A stretch of 64,000 nt of DNA, taken from positions 9,176,001 through 9,240,000 of the forward strand of contig NC_088810.1 in the NCBI RefSeq assembly GCF_011386835.1, read 5' to 3'. Both the position numbers and the translations under genes were made by a program. Source of the stretch: Chrysemys picta bellii (taxonomy: Eukaryota). Below, piece after piece: positions 21,489 to 34,107 of the stretch. Within the stretch, counting starts at the first letter, position 1. Each line of letters begins with the position of its first letter. The notes under the pieces were generated by a model, which had not been told where the DNA came from, ran no database searches, and saw only the letters and a program-made list of their open reading frames with translations.

Positions 21489-24400
21489 CTATCTCAGTCC
21501 AAGTTTCTTCTTCTCTTTCTGCTTCTTGCGCACCACATCGATGTTGCGATCCTTCCACATGCTCTTACGCAGCTTGATGGGGCGGCTGCCCACGTATTTA
21601 CCTGCCGGGGGGCACAGATGGGGGCAGGGGGTCAGTAGATGGGGGGCAGCAGGTGCTCCCAGAACAGGGGGGAGGGGACACATCTGGTTGCACCTTGCTC
21701 CGCAGAGGGGTTCTTCACACACCCTCAGGTCCCTCCCCTTGCCAGGCTGGGTGCTGCCCCCAGGCCAATCCCCAAGGCTCTATGTGGGGCTGAGCTGTCC
21801 CATAGCTTGCATCGCCCGCCCGCCAGGCCCTGCCCCCACAAGCCACCTTTGGGCCACCTCAGCCCACTCCCTCCCCTCCCCCCAAGATGCACGCTGGCGG
21901 CGGCAGCAGGGTCAAAGGGCAGCCAAGCCAATTGGAGCACGACAGGGTAACCTGCCCCCCCGCCCGTCAGTGGCGCAACAGCCTAACCCCTCACCGTTCA
22001 TCTCGCGCATAGCGCGGACGTAGTCGTTGGGGTCCTTGAAGCTGACGAACCCGTAGCCCTTGGTCTTGCCGGTGCGCTTGTCCCGGATCACCTTGGCCTT
22101 GAGAAAGGACGGGTAGCGGCTGAAGGCCCGGGCCAGGATGTCGTCGTTCACCTCGTTGCCCAGGTCCCCGCAGAAAATCCGGAAGTCATCTGGGATGGGA
22201 TGGGGGGGGGGGTGAGAGTGGGGCAAGGCCATAGGAACCGCCTGACCCCTGCCTGTGATCATGGCAATCCTCTGCCACAGAGCTCAGCATCTGCTGCATG
22301 GAATGAGCCTGCCAGGTCAACCCCCAGCAATATCCAGGGGCAGGGAGTCCCAGAGGTCAACCCTCAACGTCATCCCCCTGCAGCAGGGAGTCCCACAAAT
22401 TAACTCCAATAATATCCTGGGCTTCGCCTGCACCCCGCTCCGGTTCAATCCCTCCCCTCCCTATCCCAGCCACCTGGGATTCCCTCCCCCTCCCACTGAT
22501 CAGGACCCTGCCCCCCACTCACCCGAGTCCCACTCCAGCAGGCTGGAGTCCTCCCAGCAGCTCCCAGCCGCCGTGCGGATGCAGCGCTTCAGCTTTTCCT
22601 GCCTCGTTTTCTTCTTGTCCTCGACCACGGGCTCCACCACGGGCTGGGGAGGCCAAGGGTCAGCAACATCCCTCAGGGTAGAACCTGGAGCAGCCATCCC
22701 CGTGCTCTCCATTCCCTCCAGACCCCCTATAGGAGCAGCCCCCCACCTTGCCACACGACCCTCCTTACCCATTGGCACCTCTGGCGTCCCTGGAGAGACC
22801 CCACCCATGGTTCTCCCCACTACAGCCCAGACTCCCTCCCCCTTGGTGTCCCCCCACAACCACCCCATGACATCCCCCAGCCCTCCTATTGTCCCCCCAC
22901 TCCTGCATATACCCCTCCCCCGATCCCCTCCGGCCAGAAAAATACGTCCCCTTACCTCCATTGGTGCAAATCCAGGTTCGGGGCCCCGGGGCCTCCGCCC
23001 CCGTATGGGCCCCAGTTCAGGCCCACGCAGCGCAGGCAGCACCCTGGCCTCTGGCATCACAGGCTCCACCTCGGGCATGCTGGGGCCGATCACAGCCTCC
23101 TCCACCCCCCCTGGCTCCTTCTCCTCCACCACGACTGGTGGGGGCTGCTCCCGCAGCTCCTCCTGCAGGTACAGGGAGACTAGCACCAGGGGCCATGCAA
23201 CTGCAGAGGGATTAGCCTGGGGAACTCCCCACCTCATTAATCCAGCCCAAAGGGAGGGGCTGTGTATTAGCCCATGAGACTCCCTGCCCCATGAATCCCA
23301 TGGGAAGTCAGCCTGAAGCCCTGAGTTAACTGAATATCCAGGCAGGACAGGGTATTATAAAGGAATTAACCAACAGGACACTGGAGCTAGCCCATGGGAC
23401 TTCCTGCCACCGGGGCAGATAATGAGGTTAACACAAAATCACTGGTGTTAACCTGCGGAACTCCCTGCCACTGGGACACGTACTGGGAGTTCTCCGTGTC
23501 CCCCACACTAATCCTCCAAACATCGATGCAGTGGGTGAAATCCAAAGGGTACTATAAGGATGGAATCTGGGGGACATTAAAGTCCGTCCCGCAAGACCCC
23601 TCCACCCCTACTGCAGTGGTGGGGCAGGCACCAGCCACACCCAACTCCCCGCATTCGCTCCCAGCCTGGCCAGCATCAGAGCCCTTCCAGGACGTCTCCC
23701 AGCCACAGGGACATTGCGGCAAGCAGCTTGGTATGTTTTAAAGGGGCATTCGACATTTAACAACCCCACACAAGACTGCCAAGGCTCAGAGCTCTTGACC
23801 CTCATGTTTCAGGGCAGGAGCAGAGCCACAAAGTGGGGGAAGGAAGGAAGGAAGCCCCTCCGAGGTGGGATGGCCCAGCGAGGTGTGTTTGGGGTGGGGG
23901 GTGGATTTAATGCCTTCCTTTCAAGCACCAATGGAGGTTGAGTGGCAGAGAGCTTTGCCCCTGCCCCCCCCATACCTCCTGCTTTTTCACCGGCGGCGCG
24001 GAGTACACCGTGGGGGCTGCCTGGATCACCATGGGGTTTATCTTCGGAGCTGCCACGACGGGGGGGCGGGGAACCGACATCAGAGGAGTGATCGGGCCGA
24101 TGGGGACCCCGGGTCCTACCTAGACAGCAGCAACAGAGGGGGCATTAAAGGGGCTAATGCAGACAATGGCTCCCCGGCCGGTCTCTGTCCAGCCCCCCCG
24201 CCCCCACCCCAAAGCTGGTGACACCCCCAGAGCTGAAATGCAGCTGCCTCTGGGAGACATAGCAGCTGGTGAACAGCCACACAACAAATGCAGTGTCCTG
24301 TAACAGGGTCAGCCAGCACTGACTGTGAGGGGAGAGCGCCCCCTCTACTAAGCCCTCCACCATGCTCCCTGCAGCACAGCGCCCCCTAGTGCCACACTGG

Positions 24401-27400
24401 GGCCAGCCTTGACTGCCAGGGGAGAGCACCTCCACCCCGCTCCCTATAGCACAGTGCCCCCTAGTGGCGTACTGGGGCCAGCCCTGAGTGCCTGGGAGGA
24501 ATGCCCCCACCTGGTTCCCTGCAGCACTGCGCCCCCTAGTGCCACGCTGTGACCAGCACCGACTGCTAAAGGAGAGCCCCCGCCACACACACAGCTTCCT
24601 GTAGCACCTATCGTTCCCGTTTGCCTCTCCTCCAAGTGCTGACCAGCCTCAACCCAGCTTCGCTCCAGATCTGATCCCACAGTACAGCCACAGATGCCCT
24701 CCACCCTGGCAGGTGAGAGCCAACCGCCACTCCCCATTGGCTCCTGTCCCTCCCTCACACCCCACTGCTGAAGGAAACTCACTCACCGGTGGGCCAGTTC
24801 TCATCGGCCCTATGGGCCCCATGAGCGGGCCAGGAGGCCTCTGCATGGGGGGCCCCATCATCATCTGTGGGCCCTGGGGACCGGGCATGGGGGGCCCCAC
24901 CATGGCTGGGTGGTGAGGTGGACGCATCGCCAGGGGCCTGGGAGCACCAGCTAAGAGAAAGACAGATAAACAGGTTTTCCATTTCTATGACAATAGGATT
25001 TCCCCCATGGCTTCAATTCTGGGACTAGCCCCTGATTCAAGGACAGAGGGAAGTCCAGGAAGTGAAGCTTACCCAACAGGAAGTGAAACCGACCACCCCA
25101 CCCCCAGGCTTTAGGAAGTGCAAAGAAAGGAGCAAGCAAACAGCAAAAGTCACCAAGAAAACAGGCTTCCCCCTCCTGCTTGGGTTTCAGCATTTCCCCT
25201 GAGCGGGGGAGAATCCAGGAAGTGAAACTGGTCTCCCCTGTCCCTTGGCAAAGAATAGAGCAAAAACTGCCAACCTCAGGATTTATAGAACCTCACTTAT
25301 CAGGAAAACTTGGGAGGGAATTTTTATTGAAATACGATTTTAGACTCGGTGTCTCCTGATTGAAAGGGAGAGCACTGGGAGGATACAGGCATGTCAGACT
25401 AGGGTAAAGACGGGGCTGGCGGGGGGAAGCTTACCAGATCTCTGCAGGACGTGAGGCACAAAGGCTGGTCGAAGGATCGGAGGCCTCTGTGGAGGGACAA
25501 CTGCAGAGGGCGAGAAGGACAATTTTACATTAAGGGACCAGGCTGGGTCTTGCAAATGCTGGGTTCAATTCCCAGCCCTGCCGCACATGCCCCGCGTGAC
25601 TGCGGACAAGTTACTTTGACTCTCAGTGTCTCAGTTTCCTCACCTGAAAAACCAGAATGGTCCTTCCTTTGCCTTGTCTAATTATATCAAGAGCTTTTCG
25701 GGGCAGGGACTGTCCCTCACTGTGTCTGGGCAGTGCCTGGCATGACAGGACCCTGATCTCAGCTGGGGCAGGGCCTGTCTCTCGCTGTGTGTCTGGGCAG
25801 CGCCTGGCATAACAGGGCCCCGATCTCAGCTGGGGTCGGGACTGTCTCTCGCTGTGTCTGGGCAGCGCCCGGCATGACGGGGCCCTGATCCCACTTGGGG
25901 CAGGGTCTGTCTCTGGCTGTGTTTGGGCAGTGCCTGGCACAACAGGGCCCTGATCTCAGCTGGGGCAGAGACTGTCTCTCACTGTGTCTGAGCAGCGCCC
26001 GGCACAACTCAGCTGGGGGTGCTACTGTATTACAAACAGACTAAGTGTTCTAGCTCTGGGATTGATCATTAGGGGAAAATCCCTTCTTGATGCCAAGCTG
26101 TAGGGCAGCAATGCACAGGAATCACGTTACGCTGAGGAAATTGCATCTTGGCTGATTAGACAGCTGCCTTTGGAGGAGGGGCCTTGTTAATATCCGCCCA
26201 CACCCATCCCGATTCTGTACAGCGATCACATGAGTTACATCAGGGGTGAAGGAAGATGGGAGCCGGAGTCCTCTCCCCCAAGCATGACCGGAGAGCAGGT
26301 ATCCACACACGTTTCAACATGAGGCAAACTGAGTCACGGCCGACTCCTGGCTCAACTGGACTCATTCTCACCCCGTCTTGTGATATCAGCAGACAACAGA
26401 AATACGACAGAACAAATACGACACCTTCTCTACTCCTTTGCAGCTGAAGGATCCCGAAGCCCTTTAGTGGCTGCATATACAGTAATCATTCCCTCAGTGA
26501 TGAGATGCAGCTGCCTCTAGGGTGGGGCACAGCAGTTTATACAGTCAGCTGCATCTCACCACTGAGTGAATGATTACTGTATATGCAGCCACTAAAGGGC
26601 TTTGGGATCCTATATAGTGCAGAGCTAAGATGCAGCTGCCTCTGGGGTGGTGTACAGCATTTATAAAGCATGTTAGGCTTCTTTAGAGTTAGGAAGAAAC
26701 TTTGCCTGAGAGATTATTCCATAACTGTCCACTAGGGGGTGCACCTTGCACCAGCCTCTAAAGCAGGGGTCGGCAACCTTTCAGAAGTGGTGTGCCGAGT
26801 CTTCATTTATTCACTCTAATTTAAGATTTCGCGTGCCAGTAATACATTTTAACGATTTTAGAAGGTCTCTTTCTATAAGTCTATAATATATAACTCAACT
26901 ATTGTTGTATGTAAATTAAATAAGGTTTTTAAAATGTTTTAAGAAGCTTCATTTAAAATTAAATTAAAATGCAGAGCCCCCCGGCTTGGTGGCCACGACC
27001 CGGACAGCGGGAGTGCCGCTGAAAATCAGCTTGTGTGCCACCTTCGGCACGTGTGCCATAGGTTGCCTACCCCTGCTCTAAAGCAACTGGCGTAGGCCAC
27101 TTGTCAAGAGACCGGGTAGACGGGATACCTCACTAGAAGGACCTGCTGGTTTGATCTAGACAGCAGGGAGGATGCCACATTAGACAGGGCCACGGTACTG
27201 ATCCAGGGCGGCAGGATATCGGGTTAGATGGGCTTATTGCTATATATGATAAAGCTGCTCCCCAGAAGATGCTTGTTCAGTAGCCCCATGTATGAAATGG
27301 AGTTACTGGGCCTCCTGTCAGTTCCTACCTATATCGATGCCTGCAAACAAACCAACCCAGCACTCAGCTGGCACAAATAGCACATCAGCAGCCGTGGCAG

Positions 27401-30400
27401 AGGAGCCGCGGGCTGGCCAAGCCCCCCCTCCAGGTGGTGAGGTATTGGGGGGGGGGGGGGGGGGGGGGGGACGGGACTCTTGTCCTGTCGCTGTACCTGC
27501 CCTGCGGATGAAGAGGGGGCTTCGGTTCTCGGGGCTGTCGATCCGGCACCTCTCGCCAGCGCTGAAGTTCACTCAAAGAGAAAGAACAGACACATTGCTT
27601 TGGAATCTCAGACGCGCCACATGCAGTCAGACACTAGGCCACCGAGACACGCTATGTACCTGGTCCCACGAACGGTACCGGGGGTGCCACGATGGGGGCC
27701 ACGACGGTGGCTGCGGCAGCCGCTCGGGCTTCTAAGCTCTGCTGGACCTGGAGCAGAACGGAAACATGAATCAATGCAGACCTCTATAATACCCCGGGGG
27801 AGAGGCACATGGGCCAGTGCAGAAGGAATACCACCCCTCCTCACACCCCCTGCCCTGAAACATCTGTCCAGAGGCAAATGGGCCTCAGGTAACACAGCCC
27901 CCACCACCCCAGGAAACATCTGCGCAGCTGCAGAAAGGACCAGCTAGTTAAAGGGCACAGCAGGACCAGGAAAGAGGCCGAGCAGTGAGATTTGACAGGG
28001 AAGCTGAGGCAGTGAGACCCACAAGCCTGGCATAGGAGTGGAGGGTTAATTTAGTTTTAGCTCAGTCACACCACTGGCCTCTAACACCACCACACCCATC
28101 AGCACAGACAGGCAGGGGACACGGACGACACCGCACAGAAATGAGAGCAAATGGAGAGCCAGAGACCCACTCCGGGAACAGCCCATTAGGGAATGGGGTC
28201 CCAGCTACATTCCATCTGTGACCCACCACGTCCCTGCCAACCTGGGATTTAGACCACAGACAGCCAGGGGAAGGACATGGTAACTGCTTTTCATGCAGAG
28301 CAGTTTTCATAGATTCCAAAGCCAGAAGGAAGCATTAGATCATCAAGTCTGACCTCCTGTATAACACAGGCTAGAAAATTTCAGCCAGCTCCCACTGTAC
28401 TGAGCCCAATCACGTGGGTTTGACTAAAGCTTCCTCCAGTAAGGCATCCAGTCTGGCTTTGGAGACATCAAGAGATGTACAATCCACCACTGCCCTGGTG
28501 AGTTTGTTCCAATGGTTTGTTTGGGTTAAGCTAAACAGGAACAAGACACCCTTAACCTGAATTAACTTCTCAGTGTAGACAAGCCTAGAATAAGGGAGGG
28601 CAGTGGTTTTCAACCTTTTTTCATTTGTGATCCCCTAAAAATGTTGGAGGCACAGATCCCTTTGGAAATTTTAGACCGTCTGTAGACCCCCCCAGGGGTC
28701 TTCGGATCACACGTTGAAAACCACTGAGGTAGGGTGTGAATTTGAAGTGCAATAGCTATTCCTGATTAACTCCCTATGTGGCTGACCTTATTCCGATAGG
28801 AGTGTTCCCATATGAAGATAATTAGGATCAACTATTCCTAAATAGTTCCAGGCATAAACAAGGCATAATTGTAAAATCTCCAGGGGAAGGAATGTCTTTT
28901 TCACTCTGTGTTTGTACAGCACCAAGCAGGGAGCCCTGGTCTATGAGGACACTTGGCAGAATTTTTTAAAATAATTTCAGAGGCTAATATTGATGTCTAA
29001 GATTTTTTTCACCAATTTCTAACCATTTAAATTTTCACTGTTGCGGGATGTTATTGGGGGAGGACAGACAATTTAATGACAGCAGATGTTGAGATTCTAA
29101 GAGTTTAACCATTAAAACACAAATTGCCAACATCACATGTCAAAATATACAAAGTAAATATCCTTAAATCAAACTAGTACGTTTTGAAGCACCATTTTTC
29201 TTACGTTGCATGTACATTTTAATCATCATGGAAGGAAATATTTTTTCAGCATTTGCAAGTGCACAGTGAAATCGATGTTTAACAACAAAAATGGAACCCT
29301 TCCCAGCCTAAGATGACTAGGACCCCAGGAGCTACCCCAACACAAATAAGGGACTGTCACAGTGGAGAGAGGTGCTTTGCATTTAATGATATTTCCACCA
29401 TAATCTGCTCCACCACCCAAAAAGCATCCTACCCACGTACAGCTCCCTAAAAGCCAATAAGGGAGAGCAGCCGGAGACCCCTGAGGTCTATTAGGGACCT
29501 CACTATGTTGATCTATTAACCTGGGGGCAAAGGTACCTTGGTTGTGAATATTTCATCTAGTAACCGGGAGGGATGGACAACTCACTCCCTAGTGATGAGT
29601 GCCAACACTATCCCCTAATGAGACAGGCAGATGGACACAAAGCAGAGATGGCAGGGTGTTGATTGGGGGGGGGAGGGGGCACCGCAGGGGAGTGCAGTCA
29701 CAGAGAGCCCAAGTCCGGGCTGTGGCCAGTACGTGCCCAGGGCATCTCTGGTTTTAACCACTCAGCTGCCACCAAACTACATTCCCTCACCGCGTTTCTG
29801 GGCCAATGAACTGCAGCGGCACCCAGCATCGCCCACACGCTGCTCATGCCCCATGGTGAGGGATAAGCCAATGCCTCACCTGCTGGTAGGTGTTAGTGGC
29901 GATGATGGGCCGGATCACTGGGACGGGGGGCACCGTGGACACGGCCGGCACTGCCAGAGCTACCGGGACGGCCTCCACCACTGGGGCCCCGGAGGACAGG
30001 GAGACAGGGGCCCCCAGCACCTCCTGCTCAAACCTGTACAGAGCGAGGAATGACAAATGGAAGCACATTGAGGCCTCCCTGCCACCATCCAGAGTTTTCC
30101 ATGCCGTTGCCTTAAGGGCCCCCCACAGGTCCGCGTTCTGCCACAAGGCCTACCCCTCCTTCAATGCAGGGACTTTCACTGCTTTGCGCTGGTATCTGCC
30201 CACCCAAGGCCTTCTTCCACCCAGCTCCCCGTTCCCTCCCAAGGGCTCCCTGTCACCCTCAGACACCCCAAGGATTCCAGTTGCTCCCCACTCCCTGAAC
30301 CCTCTAAAAAGTTCCCATCCCTTTGCCCATCAATCTCCCTCCAGGACCCCCCACCCCACCAAGTCTTTACTGACCTAAAACCCCTTTCTGCGCCAGGTCT

Positions 30401-30847
30401 CCCACCCCTGTCCTGGGCTCTGCTCATCACAGGCCCACCACCGCCAGCCCTAATTCCTCAGCTGAACCCTCCTGCTCCCTCCCCCAGTCACCCTCCCAGA
30501 TACCCCAACCGCTTCCTGCCACCCCCGGTCACCCACCCCCCGATTCCAAACCCCCTTCCCGGGCTCCCCGGCCTTTTGTCCCAGCCCAGCTCCCCGCAAC
30601 CCCTCCCCCAAGTCTCCCCACCCACAGGCCTCGCCCCTTTGCCCTGGTCTCCCCACAAATCCTCCCCTCCCCCCGGTCACCCCATGGCCCGGTCCCCCCC
30701 CCGCGCTCACAGCGCCATCTCCGCCTCCATCTCTTTCAGTCGCTCCTCCCCACTCTTGGGCCCCCCCGCAGCCGCGGCGCCCCCCGCGGGGCCGGGTCCT
30801 GGGGCTGGGGTCCCCCCGGCGGGGGGCGGGGCGGGCGGAGCCGCCAT
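21489..30847 (-). CDS. RBM42: RNA-binding protein 42, 487 aa, Pro-rich N-terminus and C-terminal RRM
   Basis: complement(join(21489..21601,21995..22189,22523..22643,22956..23162,23976..24119,24787..24950,25435..25500,27497..27571,27660..27747,29880..30033,30711..30847)) = 1464 nt, all GT-AG, phases compatible. Hallmarks: KSGEERLKEMEAEMALFEQEVLG, PVIRPIIATNTYQQ, EKLKRCIRTAAG, DDFRIFCGDLGNEVNDDILARAF...KTKGYGFVSF...GKYVGSRPIKLRKSMWKDRN..VVRKKQKEKKKLGLR*. Confidence 0.97.
24330..24560. repeat. ~58-bp tandem repeat (about 4 copies), RBM42 intron
   Basis: cagcgccccctagtgccacactggggccagcc-type units. Confidence 0.7.
25700..26010. repeat. ~57-bp tandem repeat (about 5 copies), RBM42 intron
   Basis: gtgtctgggcagcgcc.ggcac.ac.gggccctgatctcagctggggcagggcctgtctctcgct units; related monomers at 2600-2700 and 4920-5000. 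Confidence 0.8.
26449..26610. repeat. 65-bp-arm inverted repeat with 32-nt loop, RBM42 intron 4
   Basis: 26449-26513 is the reverse complement of 26546-26610 with 3 mismatches. Confidence 0.95.
26764..27075. mobile_element. hAT MITE
   Basis: TIRs CAGGGGTCGGCAACCT ... AGGTTGCCTACCCCTG, perfect 8-bp TSD ctctaaag. Confidence 0.92.
28601..28726. mobile_element. Short hAT MITE
   Basis: TIRs CAGTGGTTTTCAAC ... GTTGAAAACCACTG, TSD agggaggg/aggtaggg (1 mismatch). Confidence 0.8.
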
Positions 30848-30849
30848 GG

Positions 30850-31450
30850 CGGGGTCCGGGCTCAGCCTCCGCCGCAGCGCGCTGCGGCCCGATACACCCG
30901 CTTCCGGCGGGACGCCAAGGACGTAAAGCACCTTCCGGCGTGGGACGCAAAAGGCGCCGCTGAGGGATTAGCCCCGCGCCATTTCCGGCGCGCGTTTATG
31001 ACGTGCCACAAGGGCGCGCGGGAACGCTGGGGCGGCCGGCGCGTTCCTAGCCAGGAAGGGGGCGTGGCTTGGGGCGGGTCCCGGAGGACGGAGCTCCCAT
31101 TGGCCTTTGCGCGGAACACGTGATTCCTGGGCCTTGTCAGTCTCCTACGCAGAAGTGGGGCGGGGACTTTCCCCCCATTTGTCGGAGCCCAGCCCCGCCC
31201 ATTCCAAGCTGCTGCCCCGCCCCTTCCTGGCCCCGCCCACGCAGCGTGCCCCGCCCCTCGGCGGGTTAGTTTGCAAGACGCCAAGTAGCGTCTCCTCCAG
31301 GCTGGATCGCGATCCGCGGGTGGGCGGGGCTCGCCCTGACTCCTCCCCAGGGGCGGGGCCTGGGGCGGGGCCACCTTCTCCCCTCCCAGGGGCGCGGCCT
31401 GGGCGGGCCCCGCGGAGCTTCCGCTTGGCAGCGGGGTGCGGAGCGCCCGC
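30850..31450 (-). promoter_or_regulatory. RBM42 CpG-island promoter
   Basis: CpG-dense. Repeated cttccgg (ETS/GABP-type), gccattt (YY1-like), cattgg CCAAT box near 31097, cacgtg E-box near 31117, several ggggcgggg GC boxes. Confidence 0.7.
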
Positions 31451-31660
31451 CTTGTGCTGCAGGGCGGATGGGTTCGCGCCTCTGCCCCGCTCCCAGCTGT
31501 GCCCAGCGAGCTGGGAACCTCTAGCCCTCCGTGCCCAGCATCTGTCCCACCCTGCACAGCTGGCTCCAGCTTTTGGGGGGGTTTTGGTCGTTTTCACGGT
31601 CATGGGATTTCAAAAAATTGGATCATACTAATATAACTATGAAGACTATGGGGTGCAGTG

Positions 31661-32007
31661 CAGGGCCGGCTCTGGCTTTTTTGCCACCCTAGGCAAAAAA
31701 AGCCACCCGCCGCCCTGCCCCCCCCCAGTGTGGCAGGGGAGGGCGCCGAGCCCGGCCGCGGGCCGCAATCCCCAACCAGCCGGAGTGCCGGGGGGAGGGC
31801 GGCGAGCCCGCCGCGGCTCCGCTCTCCCCGGTGGCCAGAGCGCTGGGGGGAGGGCAGCAAGCCCGGCTGGGGCCCCGCTCTCCCCGACCGGCTGGAGCAC
31901 CGCGGGGAGGCCGGCGAGCCCAGTCGCGGCCCTGCTCTCGGGCCGGAGCGCCCCACCGTGCCGCCCCAAGCACATGTTTCGTGGGCTGGTGCGTGGAGCC
32001 GGCCCTC
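31661..32007. mobile_element. GC-rich hAT MITE (CAGGGCCGGCTC family)
   Basis: TIRs CAGGGCCGGCTC ... GAGCCGGCCCTC, perfect 8-bp TSD gtgcagtg. Confidence 0.9.
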
Positions 32008-32158
32008 GTGCAGTGTCACACTGGAGAGCCGGTCTGTATCTCCAGTTGAGCCTGCAGTGTTCCAGGCACAAACGGAGAAGTTCGATCAAACTTTAAATAT
32101 GCAGCTGGAAAGTTGCAACATTACACAACTTGATTTCTTAGACTGCAGAATCTTAGAC

Positions 32159-32700
32159 CATAAGAACGTCCATACTCGGTCAGTCCAAAGGTCCATCTAG
32201 CCCAGTATCCTGTCTTCCCACAGTGGCCAATGCCAAGTACCCCAGAGGGAGTGAACCTAACAGGTAATCATCAAGTGATCCATCCCTTGTCGCCCATTCC
32301 CAGCTTCTGGCAAACAGAGGCTAGGGACACTTCAGAGCATGGGGTTGCATCCCTGCTCATCCTGGCTAATAGCCATTGATGGACCTATCCTTCAGCAGCT
32401 GATCTAGTTCTTTTTTGAACCCAGTTATACTTTTGGCCTTTACAACATCCCCTGGCAAGGAGTTCCACAGGTTGACTATGTATTGTTTGAAGAAGTATTT
32501 CCTTTTGTTTGTTTTCAACTTGCTGTCTATTAATTTCATTAATAATCCCTGGTCAATGTATTATGTGAAGGAGTAAACACTTCCTTTTTCACTTTCTCCA
32601 TGAATCAATCAGCCTGGAGACATTTGTGTTCCAACAACACTGTCTCCCCAACAAGCTGGTCAAGATCATAGGACTAGTTAAATTCCCTAATAATTTTTAT
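32159..32700 (-). mobile_element. CR1 LINE 3-prime fragment
   Basis: Begins cataagaac (reverse complement of a gttcttatg tail), then the same 3-prime UTR as the 43985-46941 element. Confidence 0.85.
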
Positions 32701-32759
32701 TCCATCTGAAATTTCCTCAAAGCTATCCACACTGGGTCTTCCTGAAGCAAGGCCAGTGG

Positions 32760-33033
32760 CAGGGCCGGCTCTGGCTTTTTGGCCGCCCCCAAGCAAAAAA
32801 AACCCCAATAAAAACCGACGGGGCGGCCGGAGCCAGGGTGCAGGGGGACTCCCTACGCTGCAGATGTGGGGGGGAGGGGAAGGGAGCAGGGGGAGAGAGA
32901 GAAGGGGGGCGGCCGGAGCGGAACAAAAAAAAAAAAAGCGGCCGTGCCGCCCTAGGATTGAGCAGAATACCGCCTCCTACAAGCTGCCGCCCCAAGCACC
33001 GGCTTGCTCGGCTGGTGCCTGCAGCCGGCCCTG
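32760..33033. mobile_element. GC-rich hAT MITE (CAGGGCCGGCTC family)
   Basis: TIRs CAGGGCCGGCT ... AGCCGGCCCTG, perfect 8-bp TSD gccagtgg. Confidence 0.92.
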
Positions 33034-34107
33034 GCCAGTGGATCCATACGCTTTTGAAAATTTCATCACGGGACTTAGACACTTAGAAATGTCACCACGG
33101 GAAGCGGCAGCTCAGGGTGATGCCCCCCCAACCCGAGCGGTGACGGGAAAGTCAGCGGTGATGAGCCCTGAAAGGAAAACAGAGTTGGGGTACAGATCCT
33201 GGCTGCTGCCCCGGCTCTCGTCCCCGGCTACCCAGAGATCCCAGCTGCAGTTCCCCGTCCCCCACTGCCCCGGGACCCCAGAGAACCTGGCCGCAGTTAT
33301 AAACAAGCATCACAATTTATTTTGTAGATGGAAAAATGGAGGCACAAAGGCTGTGAACTGAGTGACTCAGTCACCCCAACAGTCAGTGGCAAAGGCAGGG
33401 AGAGAACCCAGCATTCCAGGCTTTCAACCCCATTAGCTCTAACCACTAAACCCCACTCCCCTCCCAGAGCTGGGGATAGAACCCAGGAGTCCTGGCTCCC
33501 AGCCTCTGCAGCTCTAATCACCAGATTATGCTTCTCCCTGGCTAGTATTATCTATGGAGAGACCAACGTCATCTTCTGCACAGCCCTCCCCCGGGGTGGG
33601 GGCTCGAGCCGGCTCTGCGCTGTGTTGTTAAGAGGGACCCCTGGATACGGAACCCGGCCCTTGTTGCTGCCGATCCCACCTGGCGGAAGGGTTCAGTTAC
33701 CACAGGATACGCTGTGGTCACAGGCCGTTTAACCCCCCAGCCATTGACGGGTCTGACAGCTCCATGGTGAGAAGCAGCAGGTCCCTCAGAGGCTGCCTGT
33801 GCATGTGGGTCGAGGACTAAAGCAAACTGCAGGTGACTCCGTCTTTGTTTTGCCTTCCACCTTGGTTACAGGAAATTGGTCATGGTGGGCTAAAACCCAG
33901 GGGCAGCTCTATGTATTTTGCCACCCCAAGCACGGCAGTCAGGCAGCCTCCAGCGGCATGCCTGCGGGAGGTCCGCTGGTAATGCGGATTCAGCGGCATG
34001 CCTGCGGGAGGTCCGCCAGTCCCGCGCCTTCGGCATACCCACCACCGAATTGCTGCCGAAGCTGCGGGACCGGCAGACCTCCCGCAGGCATGCCACAAAA
34101 AACATAA

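Noticed and set aside
22255-23277. 340-aa plus-strand ORF
   Set aside because: Antisense shadow of GC-rich RBM42 exons and introns.
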